Positions 1-9,650 of a DNA stretch of 56,320 bases are shown here, piece by piece. This stretch comes from a virus (Duplodnaviria > Caudoviricetes). The stretch is taken from positions 1 to 56,320 of IMG/VR virus record IMGVR_UViG_3300001533_000425, one strand, 5' to 3'. How positions within the stretch are numbered: the first letter of the stretch is position 1; the number at the start of each line of letters is the position of its first letter. The position numbers and the translations under genes are program-made. The notes below the pieces were generated by a model, which saw only the letters and a program-made list of their open reading frames with translations, ran no database searches and had not been told where the DNA came from.

Positions 1-555
1 TATCTCCCATTGAGCTGATTTATGGAGTCTTAACTCTAAGAAATGTCTCAATGAGCGTGCATTACAAGTAAAAGATATATGTGTAAAGAATGCCGGAGGT
101 AATATATATCTAGCATCTTCTATAGGAACTCCTAAAGATATAAGATGTTGATATTTATCATAGGCTTGATTCATACCATCTATATAAACATCCCAAGCAC
201 GTTTTGAACTATAACTAGTTGCCTCGGGATTTTCAGTAGATGCTATGGTATATGGAATGACATATCCATCTGGTTTCGGTTTCACATGTCTATCAGACTG
301 TTGTAGATATGATGCCATTCTATGTCTTACTAATTGATGCGAAAGTGCCCTACTCACTTCAGACACATAAAATGTAAAGTTAATATGTTCTAAGACACCA
401 TAATGTTTTACTTTAATTAATGCCCTAATAAACTCTTCGTCTTTTGACCCTTGATGTATGTTATCTTCGTCAATTTGATTCTTTCTTGTGGCTCTTGCTA
501 ATCTAGCAACTTTATGCATTCCATCTTCAGTATAGTCAATAAGTTCAACTTTCAT
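1..555 (-). CDS. thyX: Flavin-dependent thymidylate synthase (3' end runs off window)
   Basis: Manual translation from ATG 555: MKVELIDYTEDG...HYGVLEHINFTF...SRALSHQLVRHRMASYLQQSDRHV, containing the ThyX RHR-x7-S motif. Confidence 0.93.
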   Translation of the reverse strand, partial: MKVELIDYTEDGMHKVARLARATRKNQIDEDNIHQGSKDEEFIRALIKVKHYGVLEHINFTFYVSEVSRALSHQLVRHRMASYLQQSDRHVKPKPDGYVIPYTIASTENPEATSYSSKRAWDVYIDGMNQAYDKYQHLISLGVPIEDARYILPPAFFTHISFTCNARSLRHFLELRLHKSAQWEI

Positions 556-557
556 TT

Positions 558-740
558 TTATAATACTCCATTAAGTTCTAAAATAACTCCAAGGCTATAA
601 AATACAATAAAGTTAAATATGATATAAATTGATACTTTCTTCCATGTGTCAAAGAAACAATCAGAAAGTATATATGCTAAAGAATTGGCCCAAGCAAATA
701 AGCCTACTATAATCATGTAGGGTAATAATTCTATAAACAT
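558..740 (-). CDS. Small membrane protein
   Basis: 60 aa, two hydrophobic segments, in operon orientation. Confidence 0.55.
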   Translation of the reverse strand: MFIELLPYMIIVGLFAWANSLAYILSDCFFDTWKKVSIYIIFNFIVFYSLGVILELNGVL

Positions 741-952
741 TCTTCCCCCTCCAAGTTAAAGAAATGTTTAATCCAATCAATTTGTTTATTTTCAATATCT
801 TTCAATGTTTTTAATTTCTTTGTCATTAATCAATCCTCACATTTCTGTCTACTATTTTCAAGTCACCATTGCATAGAGGACATTTATCAGCATTATAATC
901 TCTGAAGTAATGACCACAAACTAAACATTGATATCTATTTCCTAACATTATA

Positions 953-3367
953 TCACTTTTTCTTTTTTGATTTCTTTCTTTCTTTTTCTTTTTTGATTAT
1001 GTCTTTTGCTTTTTCAAGGATTTTCTTTGATTCATCAATATTAGGAATTGAATCTCTTAGTTCATTCATCAATTCTTTATCATCCATATCAAAAAATTGA
1101 TATATTTTACCTATAAGATTATGTTCTATATACTTCTCGTAATCTACTTTATATCCTTTTGGTAAATTGCCATCTAGTGGAAATGCTATATCAACTTTGT
1201 CTCTTCTTATCTTTCTTACTCCGTGACATGAATTTGTTAATATTGGTATAATCTGAAATTTTTCTCCAACTTCTAAATCGAATCCATATTCATCATGTGC
1301 TTTTAGATAAGCTTTAATATGATAAGGAATTGGTATTTTTCTACCATTTTTATTTTTTCCTCCATATTCTTTTAGTGGTTTATTATATGGTTTTTCTATT
1401 CCTAGTTTATTAATAGAAATGTTTTTTAGATTTCTTATTCTTTTCTTCAAATATTTTAGCATATCATCTTTACTTTTCTTTTCAAGTGCAAGCCTTACAA
1501 GATTTTCTTCGATGTCAGCTAATTCTTCTGGAGTTTCAGAACGCATGAAATTCATTCCAGTTACTTTCCATTCTCCATCTTCTTTTACTAAAACATTTCT
1601 AGCTGGTGTGTGAATATATACGATAGGATAATACTCTTCGAACTCAAGTTCTGCAACCTTTCTATATCCATGTTCTATACAATAGTCATTGACTATATCA
1701 TTTATTAAATCTATTAGTTCTCGTTTTCTTTCTACAGGACACATAATATAACATGAATCAGTATGTTCATATACCCATTTAAAACCAAAGAACTCTAATA
1801 CATTCATTGTATGAAATATTAGTTGTTTTGCTGTTTGAGTAATAGCCTCTGCTACTTCATAATCTTTCATTCTTGAACGCCAGTATCCAAACTCACCATG
1901 TGAAAATGCTGCTGCTTGTGTTTTAAGAGCAAAGTCAATATATTTGTATGTCATATACATTTTATGATTTCCTTGTTTTTTATACTCCTTCATTTTCTTT
2001 TTAGCTTTTGCTCTTTCATCCATGATAGAGTCTAATGTTTCAATGAATACTGAGTATCCTTCATTGAATCTAATACCATTTGGTGCTTGATACTTTCCAT
2101 TTTTATCTTTAGTTTCAGGAGTTGCATTAATTGCTTGAACTGCCCAAGGATAAGCATGTTTTAAATCAAAAGCCATTACATTTTCATATATACCTTGTCT
2201 TGCTTGTGGATCTGCTGCTTGATATTGAGCATCTTTACTTGTTGGTTTTTCATCAAATGGTGGTTTTGATGGAAGAACAACTCTTTTATTATGATATGCT
2301 TTTAGAATAGTTATATCATTTATAACAGTAGTTAACTCAGTATTCTCCAATATACAATGAGTCATCCATGATAATATAAGATGACATTTAAGTCCACCTA
2401 ATACTTCATCAATCTTTTCAGGAACTACAACATCTCTATTATTATATTCTTCTAATTTATCTGGTGTTAAGTCTTTTGGATTAACTTTAATATCTACTTT
2501 TGGAATGTTTGCAATTCTTTTACCTGCATTATCAAGACTCCATCCACCTTTTAATTGTTTTGCATACATTTTATTTGATATAGTTTTCAAATCAATTATT
2601 GCTACTTCATCATTTAGAACAAATGACTTGTCTTTTAATATCTTCCTTAATTCATTTTGTGTATGCTTAACATCAAATTGGACATTCCATCCAGTAATAA
2701 TATCATGTTCTCTTAGTCTATTATATAAGTCTAATATTAAATCTTTATGTTTTGGAGTCTTATATTTACTATTATGATATATATTCCCTTCAGAGTTTAT
2801 TGAAAATGATATTATTTCATCATTAATAGGATAATTAGTTTCAATATCAAATATAGCAACTTTAGGTTCTATAATTTCTTTAGGTTTAAAGAATGGGTCT
2901 GTATCACACATGAACCTTTCTATAAAAGGAATGTCTGCTTCATATGGTGTTGGATTAAGAGATTTCTCAAATTTCTTTCTATAGTCTCCTATTGCTGCAG
3001 GACTTGTTTTGAATATTAATTTCTTAACTTTCTTTCCTAGATATGTAACATACTTTCCATTCTTATCTTCAACATAACAGTATGGAAGAAACCCTTCTAT
3101 ATTTAATGTTTTTTTACCAGAACGTTTTCCTCTACCTATAAGATGTACTGTTGGTATATTACTTGGACTCCATTTTTGTTTCTTTTTCCATGGAGGAACT
3201 CTTGGAGAATAATGACCAGTGTATACTTGAAATTCTCTGTTGTTTATATCTTCTATTATATCTTTGTCTACTTCTTCATTATAATAGAATTCATTATCAG
3301 ATGAATACACAAGTGAATCTTTTTTATACTGGTCTTTAAGTATATCTGGTAATGGTTTTAGTATCAT
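953..3367 (-). CDS. polB: Family B DNA polymerase with 3'-5' exonuclease
   Basis: Exo motifs FDIET, GWNVQFD, YNNRD; polymerase motifs FDLKHAYP, ALKTQAAAFSHGEFG, YEHTDS (atypical variants). Confidence 0.92.
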   Translation of the reverse strand: MILKPLPDILKDQYKKDSLVYSSDNEFYYNEEVDKDIIEDINNREFQVYTGHYSPRVPPWKKKQKWSPSNIPTVHLIGRGKRSGKKTLNIEGFLPYCYVEDKNGKYVTYLGKKVKKLIFKTSPAAIGDYRKKFEKSLNPTPYEADIPFIERFMCDTDPFFKPKEIIEPKVAIFDIETNYPINDEIISFSINSEGNIYHNSKYKTPKHKDLILDLYNRLREHDIITGWNVQFDVKHTQNELRKILKDKSFVLNDEVAIIDLKTISNKMYAKQLKGGWSLDNAGKRIANIPKVDIKVNPKDLTPDKLEEYNNRDVVVPEKIDEVLGGLKCHLILSWMTHCILENTELTTVINDITILKAYHNKRVVLPSKPPFDEKPTSKDAQYQAADPQARQGIYENVMAFDLKHAYPWAVQAINATPETKDKNGKYQAPNGIRFNEGYSVFIETLDSIMDERAKAKKKMKEYKKQGNHKMYMTYKYIDFALKTQAAAFSHGEFGYWRSRMKDYEVAEAITQTAKQLIFHTMNVLEFFGFKWVYEHTDSCYIMCPVERKRELIDLINDIVNDYCIEHGYRKVAELEFEEYYPIVYIHTPARNVLVKEDGEWKVTGMNFMRSETPEELADIEENLVRLALEKKSKDDMLKYLKKRIRNLKNISINKLGIEKPYNKPLKEYGGKNKNGRKIPIPYHIKAYLKAHDEYGFDLEVGEKFQIIPILTNSCHGVRKIRRDKVDIAFPLDGNLPKGYKVDYEKYIEHNLIGKIYQFFDMDDKELMNELRDSIPNIDESKKILEKAKDIIKKEKERKKSKKKK

Positions 3368-3570
3368 TGATAAGCAACACCATCATCATCACTCATTTCT
3401 TTATTCTTTTCTTTCTTCTTGTTAATTATTTTGTTAATATACTTATTACCTTGGAATTGCTTCATGGTCTTTATAAAGTATACATATAGCCATATTACTT
3501 TCACATTCCTATACATAATAAGTACCATTAATATAAGAAATATAATAAACACAATTATTTCATTAATCAT
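3364..3570 (-). CDS. Small membrane protein
   Basis: N-terminal TM segment; stop overlaps polB start (ATGA). Confidence 0.55.
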   Translation of the reverse strand: MINEIIVFIIFLILMVLIMYRNVKVIWLYVYFIKTMKQFQGNKYINKIINKKKEKNKEMSDDDGVAYQ

Positions 3571-3715
3571 AAGTATTCTCCAAATCCAAAACCTATGTCT
3601 TCGTCAATCATAAGAACACTAGCACAATCAACACATAAGTTTCCTATCATATCTTCACAAGGTTTTTCTTCTCCACATATACTACAAGTACATAGTTCTT
3701 CACACATCATATCAC

Positions 3716-4510
3716 CTATACTGGTACTATTTCTATTGTTTCTACTTTTCCTTTATTGAGTGATGCTTTTACATATCCTATTGGAAGTGGATGGTATCCT
3801 TTAACTTCAGCATAATTCTCTACTTCAAGATCATAATTACCTAAGAAAGAACCACAAGCACATCTGTATTGTACATTTTGTTTTAAATCATTTCCATTAG
3901 TAACATCAAGTGGACCACAAGAAGCATTTACTGTAAGTTGATGTGTATGTCCTTGTGCAATTATATCTACATTATTTAAAATCCTACTAGCAGAATCCAA
4001 TTTCTTTAAGTGATATCCTAAAGATGTTCCTCCACCACAACCATGATTAGTAAGCATAGTTGTTGTGTCAGAAGTTCCATTAAGTTTCCAGTATACATAA
4101 TTACTTCCAAGATATGGTATATCATGTCTGTCACATAACATTTCTAGTAGGTTAACACTATTTCTTTTACGGAATTGATACTCATGATTACCTTCATGAA
4201 GTCCAATAATTTGATTATTTTTAATAAGTGGTTGTATATCATCCTCAAAGAGTTGGAATTGTTTCTGAATCATGTTTACAGAATCACCATATTTCTGTAC
4301 GTAATGTGCAATTTCTTGTGGATCATATCTTGGGTCTCCATCTTTAATGAACTCACAATAATCTCCAAGACCAATTACTTTTCCATTTTTGTCATTTGAT
4401 ATTTTTTCAACAGCTTCTTTAAACTTCTTTCTTTTACCTCTTGGATAATGTAAATCTCCTAGTAGATATACATTACACTTATTTGGTATTTCTATTTCCT
4501 GTATTTTCAT
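3716..4510 (-). CDS. Calcineurin-like metallophosphoesterase
   Basis: GDLH, GLGD, GNHE, NHG and GHTH motifs. Confidence 0.85.
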   Translation of the reverse strand: MKIQEIEIPNKCNVYLLGDLHYPRGKRKKFKEAVEKISNDKNGKVIGLGDYCEFIKDGDPRYDPQEIAHYVQKYGDSVNMIQKQFQLFEDDIQPLIKNNQIIGLHEGNHEYQFRKRNSVNLLEMLCDRHDIPYLGSNYVYWKLNGTSDTTTMLTNHGCGGGTSLGYHLKKLDSASRILNNVDIIAQGHTHQLTVNASCGPLDVTNGNDLKQNVQYRCACGSFLGNYDLEVENYAEVKGYHPLPIGYVKASLNKGKVETIEIVPV

Positions 4511-4787
4511 TTTTATTCACTTCTTTTGCTAAATTTATTAAGTCTTTTTTTAATTGTTTTGGGTTATAACCATTTCTATATGTTCTATTATACTCTCTAT
4601 GTTTCCTTGCACATTCTTTACAACGAGTTTGACCAAATGCTGTTGGTTTACCACATTCTCTACATAGATTTTCTTCATTATATTTTCTTTTGATGTTTCT
4701 AGTTCTTTCATTTATCTTCTTAACACATTCACTACAATACATTCCTAGTCTATCTTTTGGTTTACCACAATACTTGCATTTTTCCAT
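4479..4787 (-). CDS. Zinc-finger protein
   Basis: Four CxxC pairs. Confidence 0.6.
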   Translation of the reverse strand: MEKCKYCGKPKDRLGMYCSECVKKINERTRNIKRKYNEENLCRECGKPTAFGQTRCKECARKHREYNRTYRNGYNPKQLKKDLINLAKEVNKNENTGNRNTK

Positions 4788-4795
4788 AATATAAT

Positions 4796-4843
4796 ACTAC
4801 CCTTACTATTACCCCTAGTTACTATAGTTTTTGCTTCAGCGTT
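4796..4843. repeat. Dispersed ~48-bp intergenic repeat, copy A
   Basis: actacccttactattacccctagttactatagtttttgcttcagcgtt aligns by eye with 31676-31723. Confidence 0.6.
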
Positions 4844-4864
4844 GCTCTCTGTGGATCCTAGGGC

Positions 4865-5797
4865 TTAATTCTTAGGTGTTGTAGACTTTTGTTTACCATA
4901 TCGTATCCCTTTCCACTCACCGTAATATGGACATTTTTCTTTCGTACAGAATCCAAGAGATTGAAGAGTATCACAAGACGGATGAGAATAATTACCTTTT
5001 GATATAAATCTTATTTGATAAATAGTATAATCAGGATTATAATCAATCCAATATTCTTTAGCAAATTGTAACATCTCTTCTTCAGTTTTATTCTTTTGTA
5101 GTTGTTCTATTACCCATGCAAATCTTATGAATTGTCTAGGTTCTTCTTCTTTAGATAATTTTTCAACACATGGATAAGGATGATATATATGTCCATTGTT
5201 ATAGTCATGTTTTTTGAAGTCTTCAATAGAGAAGTCTTCTTGTTTCATTTTTACGAAATTATTTAGATTTAGTTTCTTACCAGAATCATTCTGTGCTATT
5301 GTATAACATAAATTTCCATTTATATGATATGTACCAGGTATTCTTATTATTCTTCTGATGTCTTTAAATATTTGTTCATCAAGAGTTGTAAGATTAAGAA
5401 GTCTTTTAAATATTTTACGAATTTCATTTATTTGATTTTTAGTATAAGTTTTTGCTTCTGTTGGTATAAGAACATGGAATCCCTTACCACCAGAGAAATT
5501 TAACATTGCTCTATATCCAGATTCTATAAAATAATTATATAATCTAGATGCTTCTATAAATGCTGTCTTTAAGTTATCTGAATCAAAATCAAATGGTAAG
5601 AAGAGTAACTTAGGCATTCCTTTTACAAATGTAGTTATTGACAATCCACAATTATCTATTCCATTATGTTCATTTAAAAGATTTACTACTTCACCTCTTG
5701 TATGAACTCTTATTTGATTACCATATTTTAGATTGTCTTCTTGTCTCCAATAACAAAAGTAACGATGTCCATCAAGATACTCTTCTATATAGTCCAT
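4865..5797 (-). CDS. Archaeo-eukaryotic primase, fused PriS catalytic and PriL-like Fe-S domains
   Basis: FDFD, SGGKGFH, RIIRIPGT; C-terminal PC...PSC...GFC...CP cysteine pattern. Confidence 0.85.
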   Translation of the reverse strand: MDYIEEYLDGHRYFCYWRQEDNLKYGNQIRVHTRGEVVNLLNEHNGIDNCGLSITTFVKGMPKLLFLPFDFDSDNLKTAFIEASRLYNYFIESGYRAMLNFSGGKGFHVLIPTEAKTYTKNQINEIRKIFKRLLNLTTLDEQIFKDIRRIIRIPGTYHINGNLCYTIAQNDSGKKLNLNNFVKMKQEDFSIEDFKKHDYNNGHIYHPYPCVEKLSKEEEPRQFIRFAWVIEQLQKNKTEEEMLQFAKEYWIDYNPDYTIYQIRFISKGNYSHPSCDTLQSLGFCTKEKCPYYGEWKGIRYGKQKSTTPKN

Positions 5798-6057
5798 TAT
5801 TCTTCCTCTTCTTTTTCAATCCATAATTGAAACCATGTCCATTGTCTTCCGTTACATCCAGGACATATTTGTTTATCATCCTCTCTTTGAATCCATCCAT
5901 TTCCATTACATACTGGACATACTCCTTTCATAAATGAATCAGATGATTCCATTTTCTTATCTATTAGTTCTTGATACTTCTCTGCTAATTCATTTAGTTT
6001 TCTATTAGATTTTTCCATATCATTTGCTACTTTTTTAATTTCTTCGTTAATATTCAT
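5797..6057 (-). CDS. Coiled-coil protein with CxxCxGxG zinc finger
   Basis: CPVCNGNG...CPGCNG. Confidence 0.6.
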   Translation of the reverse strand: MNINEEIKKVANDMEKSNRKLNELAEKYQELIDKKMESSDSFMKGVCPVCNGNGWIQREDDKQICPGCNGRQWTWFQLWIEKEEEE

Positions 6058-6117
6058 TATAATCCTCCTAAGTCTAATAAAGTTACTTTTAATTCATATA
6101 CATTATTTAAACATTTA

Positions 6118-6281
6118 GAGAGAGGAAAGGATTTGAACCTTTGTACTCACGGTATCTCAACATCCGAGAATCATGACCCTCTTATGGATATTGCAATATA
6201 TGCGGATATTGGAGATATTTTTTTAATTTATTACTCGGATGCTTATGAGCCGTGTGCCTGTTTCCTCTAGACTACCTCTCT
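6118..6281 (-). tRNA. tRNA-Met(CAT) (or Ile2) with 90-nt intron at 37/38 (intron 6154-6243)
   Basis: Acceptor AGAGAGG/CCTCTCT, anticodon stem CACGG/CCGTG, CT-CAT-A, T arm AAAGG-TTCAAAT-CCTTT; BHB with CTCA/TGAG helix and TAA/ATA bulges. Confidence 0.88.
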
Positions 6282-6298
6282 ATTGAGAAATAGCGAAA

Positions 6299-6790
6299 TT
6301 AATCGCTATTGTCCCAAATATAATATACATCTGCTCTATTAACATTTCCGTCAATATTTACATCATATAGTTTTTCATATGGATTGCCAAACTTCTCAAA
6401 GATAATATTCTCTGCCCAAGTCCTACCATATTTAATATACCACAAAACTTCTGATGCATCAAGAACATCAACTATACCATCTCTATTAACATCACATATA
6501 GAATTATTAATTAAAATGGTTTGATTGTTCCAAATTGTTTCATAGATAGTTTCATTGTGCCATACATCTTCGTAGATGACAATTGGTTCTAATGATATGT
6601 TAGGACATTCATAATTCATATATAAATTTTCCCATTTAATAGATTCTTCTTTCCAGTAATCTATGTCATCTTCTGCGTCTTCTAAATCATTTTCTAAACT
6701 TCCAACAGACATCATCGATGATAACGACAATGGAACTGTCACGAAAGTTACTGCTATTAATATAGCTAATATTGCTTCTCTTAAATTCAT
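6299..6790 (-). CDS. Membrane-anchored or secreted protein with dockerin-like repeats
   Basis: N-terminal hydrophobic segment, coiled coil, two Ca-binding repeats DVNRDGIVDVLD and DVNIDGNVNRAD. Confidence 0.75.
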   Translation of the reverse strand: MNLREAILAILIAVTFVTVPLSLSSMMSVGSLENDLEDAEDDIDYWKEESIKWENLYMNYECPNISLEPIVIYEDVWHNETIYETIWNNQTILINNSICDVNRDGIVDVLDASEVLWYIKYGRTWAENIIFEKFGNPYEKLYDVNIDGNVNRADVYYIWDNSD

Positions 6791-6792
6791 TT

Positions 6793-7002
6793 CTATTTCA
6801 CCTTCTTTACTTCAACAATAAATTCTGCGTATTTTTCATAATCTCTTAATAGAATATCTATTTCTTTTTTACTTAATATTCTTTTTTGGATTATAGGTTT
6901 TTCTACATATGGAATTACTGTAGTAACTTCATATTTAGTTTTTAAAAAATTATCTAATTTACTTTTAGATAATTCCTTTTTTTCTATTATTAAGTCAGGC
7001 AT
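6793..7002 (-). CDS. Hypothetical protein
   Basis: ORF abutting neighbours in operon. Confidence 0.55.
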   Translation of the reverse strand: MPDLIIEKKELSKSKLDNFLKTKYEVTTVIPYVEKPIIQKRILSKKEIDILLRDYEKYAEFIVEVKKVK

Positions 7003-7659
7003 TTATTGCTCCTCTTTATATTCATGATTATATAACTTATGTATGTTTTCTGCTAATTTTTTCCCAATACCTTGACAATGTTGTAATTCATTTACTCCAG
7101 CATTTGCTAAGTTCTTTACATTACCAAAATGTTTTAACAATGTTTTTGCTTTTTGAATTGATATACCTGGGATGGTACATAAATTATTTTCTGCTCTTTC
7201 ATTATCTGTTGTTGCTTTTCTTACTAACGGAGATTGTCTTATTGACTTTTTATTAGATGTTAATTTATTCTCTATTGTTACTAAATAACTTATGAATTCT
7301 TTTTCATCATCAAAAGGAATAATAGAAACATTGAATCTAGTTGATAATGATGCAAGAGTACCTATCCATGACTTGTCTATCCATTTACTCCTATTTTTAT
7401 AGAATGTTTCCCATTTATCTTTAGAAGATCCTATAATAGCAATAATGGCGTGGTCATATTGTTCTAAATTCTTTGCTTGAGTCCATATCCTTCCGTCTTT
7501 TATAGAAGCAACAAAATCTCTAACTGTTTTACGTTCAATACATACAGAGTCATTGAGGAGATAATCCCCAATGTCTAGATATTCCATTGATGTTTTTAAT
7601 CCTTTTTTGTCGAGTTTTTCTTTTACTCGTGTAGGTTCTCTACCATCAATTACAATCAT
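7003..7659 (-). CDS. XPF/ERCC4-family structure-specific nuclease with HhH motifs
   Basis: IDGRE, GDY, IERKT..DF..SI.DGR; HhH motifs IPGIS and CQGIG. Confidence 0.9.
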   Translation of the reverse strand: MIVIDGREPTRVKEKLDKKGLKTSMEYLDIGDYLLNDSVCIERKTVRDFVASIKDGRIWTQAKNLEQYDHAIIAIIGSSKDKWETFYKNRSKWIDKSWIGTLASLSTRFNVSIIPFDDEKEFISYLVTIENKLTSNKKSIRQSPLVRKATTDNERAENNLCTIPGISIQKAKTLLKHFGNVKNLANAGVNELQHCQGIGKKLAENIHKLYNHEYKEEQ

Positions 7660-7665
7660 CTATAT

Positions 7666-8739
7666 CTACTCAATAATTTCTGAGATATCTATCTTTCCTC
7701 TCTCAGTAGTAGTAAATACAGATTCAACAGTTTCTTTTTTAGTGATATTACTATATCCTTTATCGTCTATTTTTGCTACTGATGCTTTACTCCATTCTGC
7801 ACCGTTCTCTCCTCTCACAAACCAAAATCTTCTATAGTCTCTAAAAGCATTTGATAATCTTTTATCTAAATATAGAAGTCTTTTAGCATAGTGATGAAGA
7901 ACAATTCCACCTGTTGCTTCGGCCATAGTCTCATATGGATTAGCTGGATTGAATGTTGCATGAACAGTCATAAGACATCCTACGTTATATTCTTCTTGAA
8001 GTCTAACAAATGTTCTCATTATAAAAGCAGTAGCATCTGATCTTGCTGGATAATTTTGTTGTTCTTTTGTAAAACTTCTTAGTGGTGAAGTTAAAGAATC
8101 AAGTATTACAAAATCTATTTTCTCTTTTTTAATAATATTTTCTAGTTCAGAATCAATAGTCTGTTGAACAGAGAATTCTAATTTACCTTTTCCAGAACCA
8201 GATTTCTTTTGAGTATAGTTAAGTGATACTTTATGACCAAGGAATTTCATTAAAGTTTCAATACTCTTTTTAGATTCTACTAAAATCTTACCCTTTCTCT
8301 TACCATACTTCTCTTCAAATACTGGAACCCATTGTTTTAACATTGGTATAATAGAACCTTCAGTATCTACAAACATAACATTATATCCATCAGCAGATAA
8401 TTTACATGCTTCTTGAATACACATTAAAGACTTACCAACTTTTGGTTTACCATATATACCAGATATTTCATTAGTATTATATGCTTCTTCTCCAAATAAT
8501 TTATTAATACTTGGTAAGCAACTTGAGAACTTTCTTCCAGCATCTCCATTTATTACTTCATCTATGTTAAATACACACATTTCTTTAAATAACTCCTTTA
8601 TATGTTTACAATTTTTTCTAACTCTATAAGAAATACAAGTACAATGCCAATCATCTCCTATGAAGGCATATGTTACATGACTCCCAGTAGAGCCATGATG
8701 AATATTATCTATATACTTGTGTCTCTTAAATACATTCAT
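7666..8739 (-). CDS. RadA/RadB-like ATPase with N-terminal SWIM zinc finger
   Basis: CTC...CKH SWIM pattern; Walker A GKPKVGKS; VDTEG; Walker B VILDS; GG.VL.H. Confidence 0.85.
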   Translation of the reverse strand: MNVFKRHKYIDNIHHGSTGSHVTYAFIGDDWHCTCISYRVRKNCKHIKELFKEMCVFNIDEVINGDAGRKFSSCLPSINKLFGEEAYNTNEISGIYGKPKVGKSLMCIQEACKLSADGYNVMFVDTEGSIIPMLKQWVPVFEEKYGKRKGKILVESKKSIETLMKFLGHKVSLNYTQKKSGSGKGKLEFSVQQTIDSELENIIKKEKIDFVILDSLTSPLRSFTKEQQNYPARSDATAFIMRTFVRLQEEYNVGCLMTVHATFNPANPYETMAEATGGIVLHHYAKRLLYLDKRLSNAFRDYRRFWFVRGENGAEWSKASVAKIDDKGYSNITKKETVESVFTTTERGKIDISEIIE

Positions 8740-9650
8740 AATATCTCCATTAAGTCATGGAATAACTTTATTGGATGAACATCTATATGGCCTCCCATAA
8801 ATCCTGGATGACCATCAACTTGTATATAATCAAATCGATTAATTATATCTCTAAAATATAGAGCAAGTGTTCCTCTCATAGAGCATGAGCCATCAACATC
8901 ATTAATAGCCAATACTGTATCTTGATTATCTTTTTGCCCTTCTACTACTGAAGCAATATATCCAGATAATCTACATTTTTCACTATGATACAATACAAGT
9001 TTAAGATTAGGAAACTTATATATTTTTGCTTTAGACATTGCTTCTTCAAAATCTCCTCTTAAAATACCTTTTTGTTTTCTAATACCAGGATTTTCAATTA
9101 TATCAAGTGGGTCTTTTGCATCTCTTAATATATCTAGTGGTTCAGTGAATCTGCCATATCTACAATATGAGTTGATACCAGATGACATTGCATTATAAAT
9201 AGGCCAAAAATTAGATTTCCAAGATCCACGATACTTTCCATTATAAGTATTATAATCTTTTAAAAGAAGAGGACATGTCTCAAATATTTCATAGGGTACT
9301 GCTTCAACTTGTCCATCACCAGCAGCACCGACTACAACTTTCCACCAATGCTGTTTTGGTATTTTATCTTTAAAACGTCTCCAAGCAACAATGGTTGCTG
9401 GAACATGTTCCCATATAAGTTCGTACTTTCTTATTCCTAGTGGTTCATGACCTGGATGATGGTCTATTACAAGTCCTTCTATTTCTGGATTGTCTGGTCT
9501 CATATCAACCATAATATCTCCTTTTTCCCAACCAGATGTATCACCAAATTTGTCAGTGACTTTTATATTATATTCTGGTTTTGCGTAAGATACCATTAAT
9601 GCTGATACTAGACCATCTGGGTCATGATGACACCAAATTGTTTTAGTCAT
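8736..9650 (-). CDS. DHH-family phosphoesterase (RecJ/GAN-like)
   Basis: HHDPDG, VDM, IDHH, GAAGD and DGHPGFMG motifs. Confidence 0.82.
   Translation of the reverse strand: MTKTIWCHHDPDGLVSALMVSYAKPEYNIKVTDKFGDTSGWEKGDIMVDMRPDNPEIEGLVIDHHPGHEPLGIRKYELIWEHVPATIVAWRRFKDKIPKQHWWKVVVGAAGDGQVEAVPYEIFETCPLLLKDYNTYNGKYRGSWKSNFWPIYNAMSSGINSYCRYGRFTEPLDILRDAKDPLDIIENPGIRKQKGILRGDFEEAMSKAKIYKFPNLKLVLYHSEKCRLSGYIASVVEGQKDNQDTVLAINDVDGSCSMRGTLALYFRDIINRFDYIQVDGHPGFMGGHIDVHPIKLFHDLMEIL

Noticed and set aside
6154-6243. Box C/D guide RNA inside the tRNA intron
   Set aside because: No RTGATGA/CTGA pair found on the transcribed strand
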